Below, in pieces: positions 9,582 through 16,731 of a DNA stretch of 16,867 nucleotides. The stretch lies in assembly GCA_043816185.1 (NCBI GenBank), contig JBDRIG010000042.1, positions 1 through 16,867 on the forward strand, in the 5' to 3' direction. The stretch's first letter is position 1; every line of letters begins with the position of its first letter. Both the position numbers and the translations under genes were made by a program. The notes under the pieces are model-generated. The model searched no databases, was not told the origin of the DNA, and saw only the letters and a program-made list of their open reading frames with translations. The stretch comes from Elusimicrobiota bacterium (GTDB taxonomy: Bacteria; Elusimicrobiota; UBA8919).

Positions 9582-9713
9582 TTTATTTTACCTGAATGCT
9601 AAATCTGTCGCTCGAATAGACCAAAATCCGATACTCGAAGCCGAAGCGACTAAACGATTATTCGAAGCAACCAGAAGCGTGCCGAATATTTATAAAAATT
9701 TTGCCAATTAGTT

Positions 9714-9824
9714 AGGCTGTGTTGCAATAACAAAATGTCTGTCATCTATGGAAAAGCACTGAGATTGCCACGAGCCAATAAATCGGCTCTCACAACGACC
9801 AAAAGCAGAGTTACGACACAGCCT
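9714..9824. mobile_element. Candidate MITE with IS5/IS1182-like ends, containing a REP-like unit
   Basis: IR aggctgtgttgcaa (9714-9727) / ttacgacacagcct (9811-9824), 12/14 match. Internal gagattgccacg-hairpin-ctcacaacgac (9761-9799). The IS family is from recalled resemblance only. Confidence 0.6.
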
Positions 9825-9845
9825 CAATGCCTTGCCAGTTAGTGC

Positions 9846-11435
9846 TTAGCCTAATTTTATCATTTTTACATTTTTAATTTCTGGCAGGTTTTTAATTTCA
9901 GACAAGACATTATTATCTATTTGATTATCAACATTTACAATGGTAATTGCATCGCTGCCAGCGGCTTTCCTACCAAGTTCCAGTGACGCTATATTTATGG
10001 AGTTTTTGCCAAGTATTGTTCCAACCTTGCCAACAACACCAGGTTTATCTACATTGGTGAAAATAAGAATATTTTCCGATGGCTCAATATCAACATAGTA
10101 ATCGTTAATTTTTACTATTCGAATAACTTTTTTTCCAAAAACAGTTCCCGCAATAATATTTTCAGCATTTTCCGTTTTCAGTTTTAGGACGATAAGGTTC
10201 GTAAAATTTGTTGTTTCAGATGTTCTTGTTTCTGAAATTTTTATGCCTTTTTCTTGTGCAATAAGTGATGCATTTATAAAGTTAAGTGTATTCGCATCGC
10301 TAATCTGTTCAAGCGTTCCTTTAATAGCAGCAATCGTCAGAGGTGCTAAGTCGTATTTTGTAACTTCACCAGAATAATTAATCTCTATCGACGAGATTCG
10401 TCCGTCGCTAAATTGTGATGCAAAAGAGCCTAATTTTTCTGAAAGCGTAATATAAGGTTGCATTTTTTGAAGTATGTCAGACGGAATAAATGGAAAATTA
10501 ATCGCATTTCTTATTGTGCCATTTGTAAAAAATTCAGCAAGTTGATTTGAGATTTCAACCGAAACATTTGTTTGGGCTTCCTCAGTTGACGCACCTAAAT
10601 GCGGAGTCAGTATTACATTATTTATTTCAAAAAACGGCGATTCTTGAAGTGGTTCTTTTTCGAACACATCCAAAGCGGCGCCCTTCACCTTGCCTGACTT
10701 TAAGGCATCGACAAGTGCTTTTTCATCTATAAGCCCACCGCGACCGCAATTTATTATTCTAACGCCATCTTTCATTTTCCCGATTGTTTCTGCATTTATA
10801 ATATTTTTTGTCTGCTCGGTTTTAGGAGTGTGAATTGTTATATAGTCGGAATTTTTAAAAAGTTCATCTAATGATACGGATTCTACTCCAAGTTGTACCG
10901 CTCGTTCTTTTGAGACAAACGGGTCATAAACAACTACTTTCGTACCAAATGCTAATAACCGTTTTGAAACTTCAACACCTATTTTCCCCAATCCGATAAT
11001 TCCAACGGTCTTTCCGAAGACCTCTACGCCAACAAACTCTTTTTTCTTCCACTCATGTCTTTTTAACGATGCGTTTGCTTGCGGAATATTTCTGGACATG
11101 GATAGAAGCATTGAAACAGTATGCTCAGCAGCAGAAATTGTATTTCCGCCAGGGACATTCATCACAACAATCCCTTTTTTTGACGCCTCTTTGACATCTA
11201 TATTGTCCACACCTGTTCCCGCACGGCCGATAATTTTTAATTTTTTTGCTGCATCTAAAATTTCTTTCGTAGCTTTTGTTTCGCTTCTTACTAACAGCCC
11301 GTCATACTCGCCGATAATCTGTAAAAGTTCTTCCGGCTTAAGCCCAGTTTTTACATCAACTGAAAACTCCGGATTTTTCTTAAGAATTTCCACACCCTCA
11401 TTTGCCAATGGATCGGAAACAAGTATTTTTTTCAT
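9846..11435 (-). CDS. serA: D-3-phosphoglycerate dehydrogenase (long form with ASB and ACT domains)
   Basis: GRAGTGVDNID, NTISAAEH, GLGKIG, LDVFEKEP, TPHLGAST and a C-terminal DKPGVVGKVG ACT domain. GGAGG lies 5 nt before ATG 11435; GTG 11438 is the alternative start. Confidence 0.96.
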   Translation of the reverse strand: MKKILVSDPLANEGVEILKKNPEFSVDVKTGLKPEELLQIIGEYDGLLVRSETKATKEILDAAKKLKIIGRAGTGVDNIDVKEASKKGIVVMNVPGGNTISAAEHTVSMLLSMSRNIPQANASLKRHEWKKKEFVGVEVFGKTVGIIGLGKIGVEVSKRLLAFGTKVVVYDPFVSKERAVQLGVESVSLDELFKNSDYITIHTPKTEQTKNIINAETIGKMKDGVRIINCGRGGLIDEKALVDALKSGKVKGAALDVFEKEPLQESPFFEINNVILTPHLGASTEEAQTNVSVEISNQLAEFFTNGTIRNAINFPFIPSDILQKMQPYITLSEKLGSFASQFSDGRISSIEINYSGEVTKYDLAPLTIAAIKGTLEQISDANTLNFINASLIAQEKGIKISETRTSETTNFTNLIVLKLKTENAENIIAGTVFGKKVIRIVKINDYYVDIEPSENILIFTNVDKPGVVGKVGTILGKNSINIASLELGRKAAGSDAITIVNVDNQIDNNVLSEIKNLPEIKNVKMIKLG

Positions 11436-11480
11436 CACAGCCTCCGTTTAATGTCTGCTAATGCTCAACTACATTGGGTG

Positions 11481-11509
11481 ATTATACAAAAAATTGTAAG
11501 GATTTTCAA
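11481..11509 (-). promoter_or_regulatory. Sigma70-type promoter for serA
   Basis: TTGAAA (11509-11504), 17-bp spacer, TATAAT (11486-11481), about 45 nt upstream of the start. Confidence 0.7.
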
Positions 11510-11511
11510 GC

Positions 11512-11593
11512 AAAAAAAAAGCGGCAAGTTTTTCTCTTCCGATGAAGTTCCCTTGAATAAAGGAGTTCTTCAAACATCAGACAACAAGCCACT
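11512..11593 (-). terminator. Extended stem-loop with U-tract, possible terminator downstream of glutamine synthetase
   Basis: Minus strand aagtggc...gccgctt closes an internal gaagaactcctt/aagggaacttc hairpin and runs into a T9 tract. Confidence 0.4.
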
Positions 11594-11616
11594 TTCTTAT
11601 TACAAACCTATTTTTA

Positions 11617-11729
11617 CAGAAATTCCCCAACTTGAGATTGCCACGACCCGATGTGCCATCGAGTCTCGCGGAGCGTAGCGACCGAAGCAATCTCTAATTA
11701 CCATTGTGATACAAGTTGGGGAACTTCTG
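11617..11729. mobile_element. MITE, 113 bp, 18-bp TIRs, 9-bp target site duplication, REP-like cargo
   Basis: cagaaattccccaacttg (11617-11634) / caagttggggaacttctg (11712-11729), 17/18 match. Perfect direct repeat ctattttta at 11608-11616 and 11730-11738. Confidence 0.88.
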
Positions 11730-11797
11730 CTATTTTTATTCTATTTCCTGCTTTTTACAAAACTTATCCTACGCAATTCGGCGAATTCAACCATTTA

Positions 11798-11855
11798 TAG
11801 CACAGCAGATTTTCAATCATGCGTTGCGATAATACATTGAACTTGTTTTGTGCTA
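11798..11855. repeat. Imperfect inverted repeat (possible very short MITE remnant or terminator-like hairpin)
   Basis: tagcacagcagattttcaat / attgaacttgttttgtgcta, 15/20 match. attgaacttgtt recurs at 11836-11847 and 11861-11872. Confidence 0.4.
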
Positions 11856-11881
11856 ACACAATTGAACTTGTTATTTATTTT

Positions 11882-14080
11882 TTAGTAAACAAATAGCATT
11901 TCTCTGTATTTCGGAAGAATCCAGTGCTCATCTCCTGTGCATTCTTCAAGAGCATCAACCGTCTCTCTTAAATTGTACATTAAAGGAACTATTTCGTTGC
12001 AATAGAAGTCTGCCTTTTTGCCTTCATTTTCTATTTTTTCTTTCTTATCAAGTACGGATTGAAGTTTTTCTGTTTTTTCATAGAGTTCCACAACAAGTTT
12101 TGAATATGTAGAAACTATGTCAGATTCTTTTTTCAATACATTAGCATCAATTCCCTTGATAGAACTTAAATTTTTTACCGACTCTGCAAGAACATTTTGA
12201 TATTTAATTACACCTGGAGCTACAAGTGTTTTTGCCATCATCAATGCGGTCTCTGCCTCTATATTTACAACTTTTATATATTGCTCTACCAAAATCGTGT
12301 AAATCGATTCTATCTCAGCTTCACTTAGGACATTTAATTTTACGAAAGCATCCTTGTTCTTTTTGGATATAATATCTTTCAGCGATTCGGGTGTAGTTTT
12401 TTTATTTGGCAATCCGCGTTTTTTTGCTTCTTTTTCCCACGCAAGATCATAATTGTTTCCCTCAAATCTTATCGGTTTTGTTTCGGTTATTATAGGAGTA
12501 ATTGTTTTCAATATCGCTTTATTGAAATTTTTTTCAGTTTTCAGATTATTCTCTATTTCGCTATATATTTCATTTAAAATATTGGTGACAATAACGTTTA
12601 ATGTATAATTTGCCATCGCAATAGAATGTGATGAGCCTACTGCTCTAAACTCAAACTTATTTCCTGTAAACGCAAATGGAGAAGTTCTATTTCTATCGCT
12701 ATTGTCTTTACTTATCGCTGGTAATTTAGTGATGCCGAGATCTATAATCGCTTTATCACTGTAATCTGCCTTTTTATTTTTTTCCAAATTATCTAAAATT
12801 TCCGTGAGTTGTTCTCCAAGAAATATGGAAATTATTGCTGGCGGTGCTTCATTGGCACCTAATCTGTGATCATTGCCAGCGGATGCTACAGTTGCCCGCA
12901 ACAAATCGGAGTATTTATAAACGGCTTTCATTATTGCTATCAGAAAAGTTAAAAACTGCAAATTTGCATGAGGCGTTTTGCCTGGCTCAAGTAGATTATT
13001 GCCGTCGGAATCCGCCATAGACCAGTTGTTATGTTTTCCCGAACCATTTATGCCCAAGAATGGTTTCTCGTGCAATAATATAGCAAGATTATGTCTGCTT
13101 GCAACCTTCTTTAATGTTTCCATTATTATTTGGTTATGGTCGGTGGCAACATTACTATCTTCAAACAGAGGCGCTATTTCAAACTGTGCTGGAGCAACTT
13201 CATTGTGTCTTGTTTTTACTGGAATTCCGAATTTAAAAAGTTCTAATTCTAAGTCATGCATAAACGCAAGAATTCTTTCTCGAATACTGCCAAAATAATG
13301 ATCTTCCATTTCCTGACCTTTTGGCGGTTTCGCACCAAACAGTGTTCTACCCGTTATTATTAAATCAGGCCTTCTATTATAATATGCTTTGTCAACCAGA
13401 AAATATTCCTGTTCTGGGCCCATAGTTGTGTAAACCCTGTTTATTTTTTTATTTCCAAAAAGATGTAATATTTTTACAGCGACTTCGCTTAATCTGTCCA
13501 TCGAACGAAGAAGCGGCGCTTTCTTATCTAAAGATTCGCCGGTGTATGATAAAAATACACATGGAATACAAAGTGTTGTACCATTGACAGATTCAACCAA
13601 AAATGCCGGCGAGGTAGGATCCCACGCAGTATAACCTCTTGCTTCAAACGTGCTTCTTAATCCACCGCTTGGAAACGAAGAAGCATCTGGTTCACCCTGT
13701 ATAAGGTTGCTTCCTGAAAATTTTTCTATGACTTTACCGTCTTTGCCGAAACTCAGAAAACTATCGTGTTTTTCAGCCGTCAAACCAGTCATTGGATGGA
13801 ACCAATGTGTAAAATGTGTCGCACCTCTGCCTATTGCCCATTCTTTCAAACCCTGTGCAACTTCTTCCGCCAATGTAGGTTCAACTCTTCCGCCTTCTCT
13901 GATTATTTTTTTTAACGCTTCGTAGGTTTTATATGGCAAGTGTTTTTTCATCGCCTCGTCATTAAAAGAGTTAATCCCATATATTTCCGAGATTGGTTTC
14001 CCTTTCATTTCCGGGCTAATTGTCTGGCACAAATTTCTCTGGTTTGTGATTTCTGAAATTATCTGTTCTCTGTATGACAT
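11882..14080 (-). CDS. glnN: Glutamine synthetase type III (GlnN-type)
   Basis: GATHFTHWFHP, TAEKHDSF, GEPDASSFPSGGLRSTFEARGYTAWD, HNEVAPAQFE, HEKPFLGINGSGKHNNWS and DRNRTSPFAFTGNKFEFRAVGS motifs. Start moved to ATG 14080, with GGAGG 8 nt upstream. Confidence 0.96.
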   Translation of the reverse strand: MSYREQIISEITNQRNLCQTISPEMKGKPISEIYGINSFNDEAMKKHLPYKTYEALKKIIREGGRVEPTLAEEVAQGLKEWAIGRGATHFTHWFHPMTGLTAEKHDSFLSFGKDGKVIEKFSGSNLIQGEPDASSFPSGGLRSTFEARGYTAWDPTSPAFLVESVNGTTLCIPCVFLSYTGESLDKKAPLLRSMDRLSEVAVKILHLFGNKKINRVYTTMGPEQEYFLVDKAYYNRRPDLIITGRTLFGAKPPKGQEMEDHYFGSIRERILAFMHDLELELFKFGIPVKTRHNEVAPAQFEIAPLFEDSNVATDHNQIIMETLKKVASRHNLAILLHEKPFLGINGSGKHNNWSMADSDGNNLLEPGKTPHANLQFLTFLIAIMKAVYKYSDLLRATVASAGNDHRLGANEAPPAIISIFLGEQLTEILDNLEKNKKADYSDKAIIDLGITKLPAISKDNSDRNRTSPFAFTGNKFEFRAVGSSHSIAMANYTLNVIVTNILNEIYSEIENNLKTEKNFNKAILKTITPIITETKPIRFEGNNYDLAWEKEAKKRGLPNKKTTPESLKDIISKKNKDAFVKLNVLSEAEIESIYTILVEQYIKVVNIEAETALMMAKTLVAPGVIKYQNVLAESVKNLSSIKGIDANVLKKESDIVSTYSKLVVELYEKTEKLQSVLDKKEKIENEGKKADFYCNEIVPLMYNLRETVDALEECTGDEHWILPKYREMLFVY

Positions 14081-14125
14081 AGTTTTATCCTCCATGCAAG
14101 GCAATACCGACAAAGACTCATGAAA

Positions 14126-14149
14126 CGTATGTCGTATGTTGTATGTCGT
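14126..14149. repeat. Short heptamer tandem repeat
   Basis: cgtatgt cgtatgt tgtatgt cgt, about 3.4 copies. Confidence 0.7.
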
Positions 14150-14152
14150 GAA

Positions 14153-14212
14153 GTTATTGCGAGGGAGTCCCGACACAAGAGTCGGGATAAACTCCGTGAC
14201 CGAAGCAATCCC
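14153..14212. repeat. REP-like palindromic unit
   Basis: gttattgcgag...gaccgaagcaatcc with an internal tcccgac/gtcggga hairpin. Shares gaccgaagcaatc with the unit at 11634-11694. Confidence 0.75.
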
Positions 14213-14225
14213 GCTTGTCGTCATT

Positions 14226-14340
14226 GAGACTGTCGCAATGAGCTAAAAAGTTGCATTTTTATAGAAGAAAGCAACTGATGGTAAAATATGGTACTGCAAT
14301 CCAACACTAGATGGTAAAAGATGGATTACGACACAGTCTG
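14226..14340. mobile_element. Candidate MITE related to the 9714-9824 element
   Basis: Right end ttacgacacagtct matches 9811-9824 at 13/14. Left end gagactgtcgcaa is an imperfect inverse. Internal direct repeat gatggtaaaa(t/g)atgg occurs twice. Confidence 0.55.
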
Positions 14341-14372
14341 AATAATATGCTTTTATTTTTTCAACCGTCGTT

Positions 14373-14400
14373 ATTATACTTATGCTTGTAGAAATGTCAA
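14373..14400 (-). promoter_or_regulatory. Sigma70-type promoter upstream of glnN
   Basis: TTGACA (14400-14395), 16-bp spacer, TATAAT (14378-14373). Confidence 0.75.
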
Positions 14401-14498
14401 CTTTTTTCTATTTTTATAGACCCAATATCGGATTCGGGCGTCATCAACATCACAAGACCAGCCGATATTAAAACAAAAGCAACATCTCCAGAATTCAT
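14397..14498 (-). pseudogene. amtB: Truncated ammonium transporter (amtB) 5' remnant
   Basis: Manual translation gives MNSGDVAFVLISAGLVMLMTP-ESDIGSIKIEKS*. The first 21 aa match the AmtB first helix (xGDTAW/FxLxSxALVxLMTPG). Two GGAGG sites lie upstream, and the locus sits between gdhA and glnN. Confidence 0.85.
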
Positions 14499-14521
14499 AT
14501 TCCCTCCCAAATTTTTCCTCC

Positions 14522-14558
14522 AAATAAAAAATCCCCATACCGTCTTTGCTATGGAGAC
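14522..14558 (-). terminator. Intrinsic terminator between gdhA and the amtB remnant
   Basis: Minus strand gtctccata-loop-tatggggat followed by tttttattt. Confidence 0.6.
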
Positions 14559-14604
14559 CGCTCTGTCCTTTGGAAAAATTACAAACTATTTTTCAGTAGT
14601 AGCC

Positions 14605-14640
14605 GACTTGTAGCCGATGACCAAGCATCGGCTACAAGTC
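14605..14640. repeat. Perfect 15-bp palindrome (REP-like, GTAG-containing)
   Basis: gacttgtagccgatg-accaag-catcggctacaagtc, preceded by gtagtagcc. Confidence 0.75.
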
Positions 14641-14671
14641 TCTATAGGTGAATAACTATCTTAACTATTTT

Positions 14672-16027
14672 TTACACGATACCAGAAGCAATCATCGCTT
14701 TTGCAACCTTTACAAACCCAGCTATATTAGCACCAGCAAGGTAATCTCCCTTTTTTCCATATGACTCTGATGCATCTAAACAAGATTTATGAATACTTCT
14801 CATAATCGCTAAAAGCCGGCTATCAACCTCTTCTCTTGTCCAGGAAAGACGCAAACTATTCTGGCTCATTTCAAGACCGGATGTTGCAACTCCTCCAGCA
14901 TTGGCCGCTTTTGCAGGACCATAAAGAACATTGTTCGACTGAAAAACTTTTATGGCATCAAGAGTACTCGGCATATTGGCGCCCTCTGCTACACAAAAAC
15001 AACCGTTTTTAACCAAAGCGAGAGCATGCTCATTATCTATTTCATTTTGCGTGGCACATGGTAATGCAATATCAATTTTAAGTCCTTGTTCCTTTATTAC
15101 ATTCCATATACTTTTCCCTTCATAACATTTTACTTTAAATTTGTCCGCATACTCTTTTATTCTACCTCTGCGCACATTTTTCAGTTCCATAATAAAACCG
15201 AGTTTGTCCTCAGAAATACCGGATTCGTCAACAATCGCACAGTTTGAATCAGAGACGCTTATTACTTTGCCACCCATCTGATTAACCTTTTCAACAGCAT
15301 ACTGGTAGACATTACCCGCACCGCTAATAGCAACCGTTTTTCCTTTCAAATCCATTTTTCTGGTAGCAAGCATTTCGGCTGTAAAATAAACCAATCCGTA
15401 ACCCGTTGCTTCCGGTCGTATTAAACTACCACCGTACTCCAAACCCTTGCCAGTTAAAACCCCCTCATGTGCATTTACGATTTTCTTGTAATAACCGTAC
15501 ATATATCCGATTTCTCTGCCACCCACACCGATATCTCCGGCAGGAACATCTGTATCGGGACCAATATGTCTATAGAGTTCCCTCATAAATGACTGACAAA
15601 ACCGCATAACTTCAAAATCTGATTTGCCTTTAGGGTCAAAATCGGAACCGCCTTTTCCTCCACCCATGGGAAGCGTTGTAAGCGAGTTTTTAAAAATTTG
15701 TTCAAAACCTAAAAATTTTACAATACTTAAATTTACCGATGGATGAAGCCGCAGTCCGCCCTTATATGGACCAATTGCATTGTTGAATTGCACCCTGAAA
15801 CCTCTATTGACCTGAACTTCACCTTTATCATCCACCCACGGAACCCTGAAAATAATTGCTCTATCCGGTTCAACAATTCTTTCATAAATTTTTGCCTTAA
15901 CAAATTCGGGATGCTTTCCAACCGTCGGTTCCAATGTCTCCATAACCTCGCTTACCGCCTGAATAAACTCCGTCTGATTGCCGTCTTTCTGCCTTACCTT
16001 TTCAATAACTTCCTTAATAACTGACAT
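14672..16027 (-). CDS. gdhA: Glutamate dehydrogenase, GdhA family (usually NADP-specific)
   Basis: GPYKGGLR, KFLGFEQIFKN, MGGGKGGSDFDPKG, DVPAGDIGVG, RPEATGYG, EGANMP and KAANAGGV motifs. Start moved to ATG 16027, with GGAGG 8 nt upstream. Confidence 0.96.
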   Translation of the reverse strand: MSVIKEVIEKVRQKDGNQTEFIQAVSEVMETLEPTVGKHPEFVKAKIYERIVEPDRAIIFRVPWVDDKGEVQVNRGFRVQFNNAIGPYKGGLRLHPSVNLSIVKFLGFEQIFKNSLTTLPMGGGKGGSDFDPKGKSDFEVMRFCQSFMRELYRHIGPDTDVPAGDIGVGGREIGYMYGYYKKIVNAHEGVLTGKGLEYGGSLIRPEATGYGLVYFTAEMLATRKMDLKGKTVAISGAGNVYQYAVEKVNQMGGKVISVSDSNCAIVDESGISEDKLGFIMELKNVRRGRIKEYADKFKVKCYEGKSIWNVIKEQGLKIDIALPCATQNEIDNEHALALVKNGCFCVAEGANMPSTLDAIKVFQSNNVLYGPAKAANAGGVATSGLEMSQNSLRLSWTREEVDSRLLAIMRSIHKSCLDASESYGKKGDYLAGANIAGFVKVAKAMIASGIV

Positions 16028-16084
16028 ATTTTTTTCCTCCATTTGGTTTAAACTAAGCGATGATAAATCATCACACTACTCTAT

Positions 16085-16133
16085 AAATAAAAAAGTCCAC
16101 ACCTCATCAACACTGATGAAATTGAGGACTTCT
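16085..16133 (-). terminator. Intrinsic terminator inside the predicted gdhA leader (attenuator-like)
   Basis: Minus strand aagtcc..ttcatca/tgatgag..ggactt followed by ttttattt, located between the promoter and the start codon. Confidence 0.65.
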
Positions 16134-16151
16134 TTGTCACTCTGTGTACAC

Positions 16152-16179
16152 ATTATAGAAAATTTTCTGATTTTGTCAA
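16152..16179 (-). promoter_or_regulatory. Sigma70-type promoter for gdhA
   Basis: TTGACA (16179-16174), 16-bp spacer, TATAAT (16157-16152). Confidence 0.75.
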
Positions 16180-16202
16180 GATATTTTTTTATTTCTAAAC
16201 TT

Positions 16203-16490
16203 TTATTTTGCTAATCTGCCTGTTTTAAATTCTTTTTCTATTTCCCTATCAACAAAAATTTTAACAAGTACCTGATATGGAATATCACGCATATTTGCTA
16301 AATATTTTATTCTGTTCAATAATGAAACAGGAAATCTAATAGATATCGGTTTTGAAGTTTGTCTTAGATTTGGGAATAATGTTTTCTTTCCTTTAGACCA
16401 GTCAATATAATCAGTTGAATCGTGGCGATCCCAAAATTTTGATACTTCATCTTCGTTTTTAAGCAACGGTGCTTTCTTTAGTTTGTCCAT
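16203..16490 (-). CDS. BrnA/CopG-family antitoxin
   Basis: E..FWDRHDSTDYIDWS N-terminus and an RHH-like ISIRFP..L..IK..A...DIPYQ C-terminus; overlaps the 3' end of the toxin gene. Confidence 0.88.
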   Translation of the reverse strand: MDKLKKAPLLKNEDEVSKFWDRHDSTDYIDWSKGKKTLFPNLRQTSKPISIRFPVSLLNRIKYLANMRDIPYQVLVKIFVDREIEKEFKTGRLAK

Positions 16491-16725
16491 AATAGATGCC
16501 CCTTTCTTTTTTATTCATATCTCTTGCCGAAATAATTCTTATTTTTCCAGATCTTTCCATAAAAACCACAAAAAGCGATCTGCTTGTTTTTGTTTTACCT
16601 AACGCAACAAACCGTTCCTCTACAATTGAATGTGTTGGATCAGAGTGAATTATAAGATTTATGTCAAAAAATACTTCTTCTGCTTCTGGAAATTGCACCT
16701 TATGTTTTTTCCAGATTTTATTTAT
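16459..16725 (-). pseudogene. BrnT-family ribonuclease toxin, N-terminally truncated
   Basis: The frame extends upstream of the GTG as INKIWKKHKVQFPEAEEVF, followed by HS..EERF.ALGKT...LFVVF..R...IRIISAR.M.KKER. The conserved FxWD start is missing and an in-frame TAG lies at 16750-16752. Confidence 0.75.
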
Positions 16726-16731
16726 AATTAT

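Noticed and set aside
11451..11678. 75-aa plus-strand intergenic ORF
   Set aside because: It runs across the serA promoter, a hairpin and into the MITE; no family resemblance or RBS.
11836..11872. Direct repeats (this 12-mer pair and the pair at 14277-14324) as a possible mini-CRISPR
   Set aside because: Only two short copies each, spacing too small, and no cas genes.
14081..14224. 48-aa N-terminal extension of glutamine synthetase in the ORF track
   Set aside because: It translates REP-like and heptamer repeats; a strong GGAGG precedes ATG 14080.
14081..14372. Glutamine riboswitch or T-box upstream of glnN
   Set aside because: No recognisable consensus by eye; the structures there are explained by repeat elements. 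An Rfam scan would be decisive.
15733..15921. 62-aa minus-strand ORF inside gdhA
   Set aside because: Alternate frame within a conserved gene; no evidence of a frameshift.
293..16214. Plus-strand ORFs in the track that overlap minus-strand genes (e.g. 293-751, 2063-2428, 3078-3536, 3885-4238, 9376-9711, 11098-11451, 12978-13298, 15743-16024)
   Set aside because: They are antisense shadows of well-supported genes, with no recognisable motifs.
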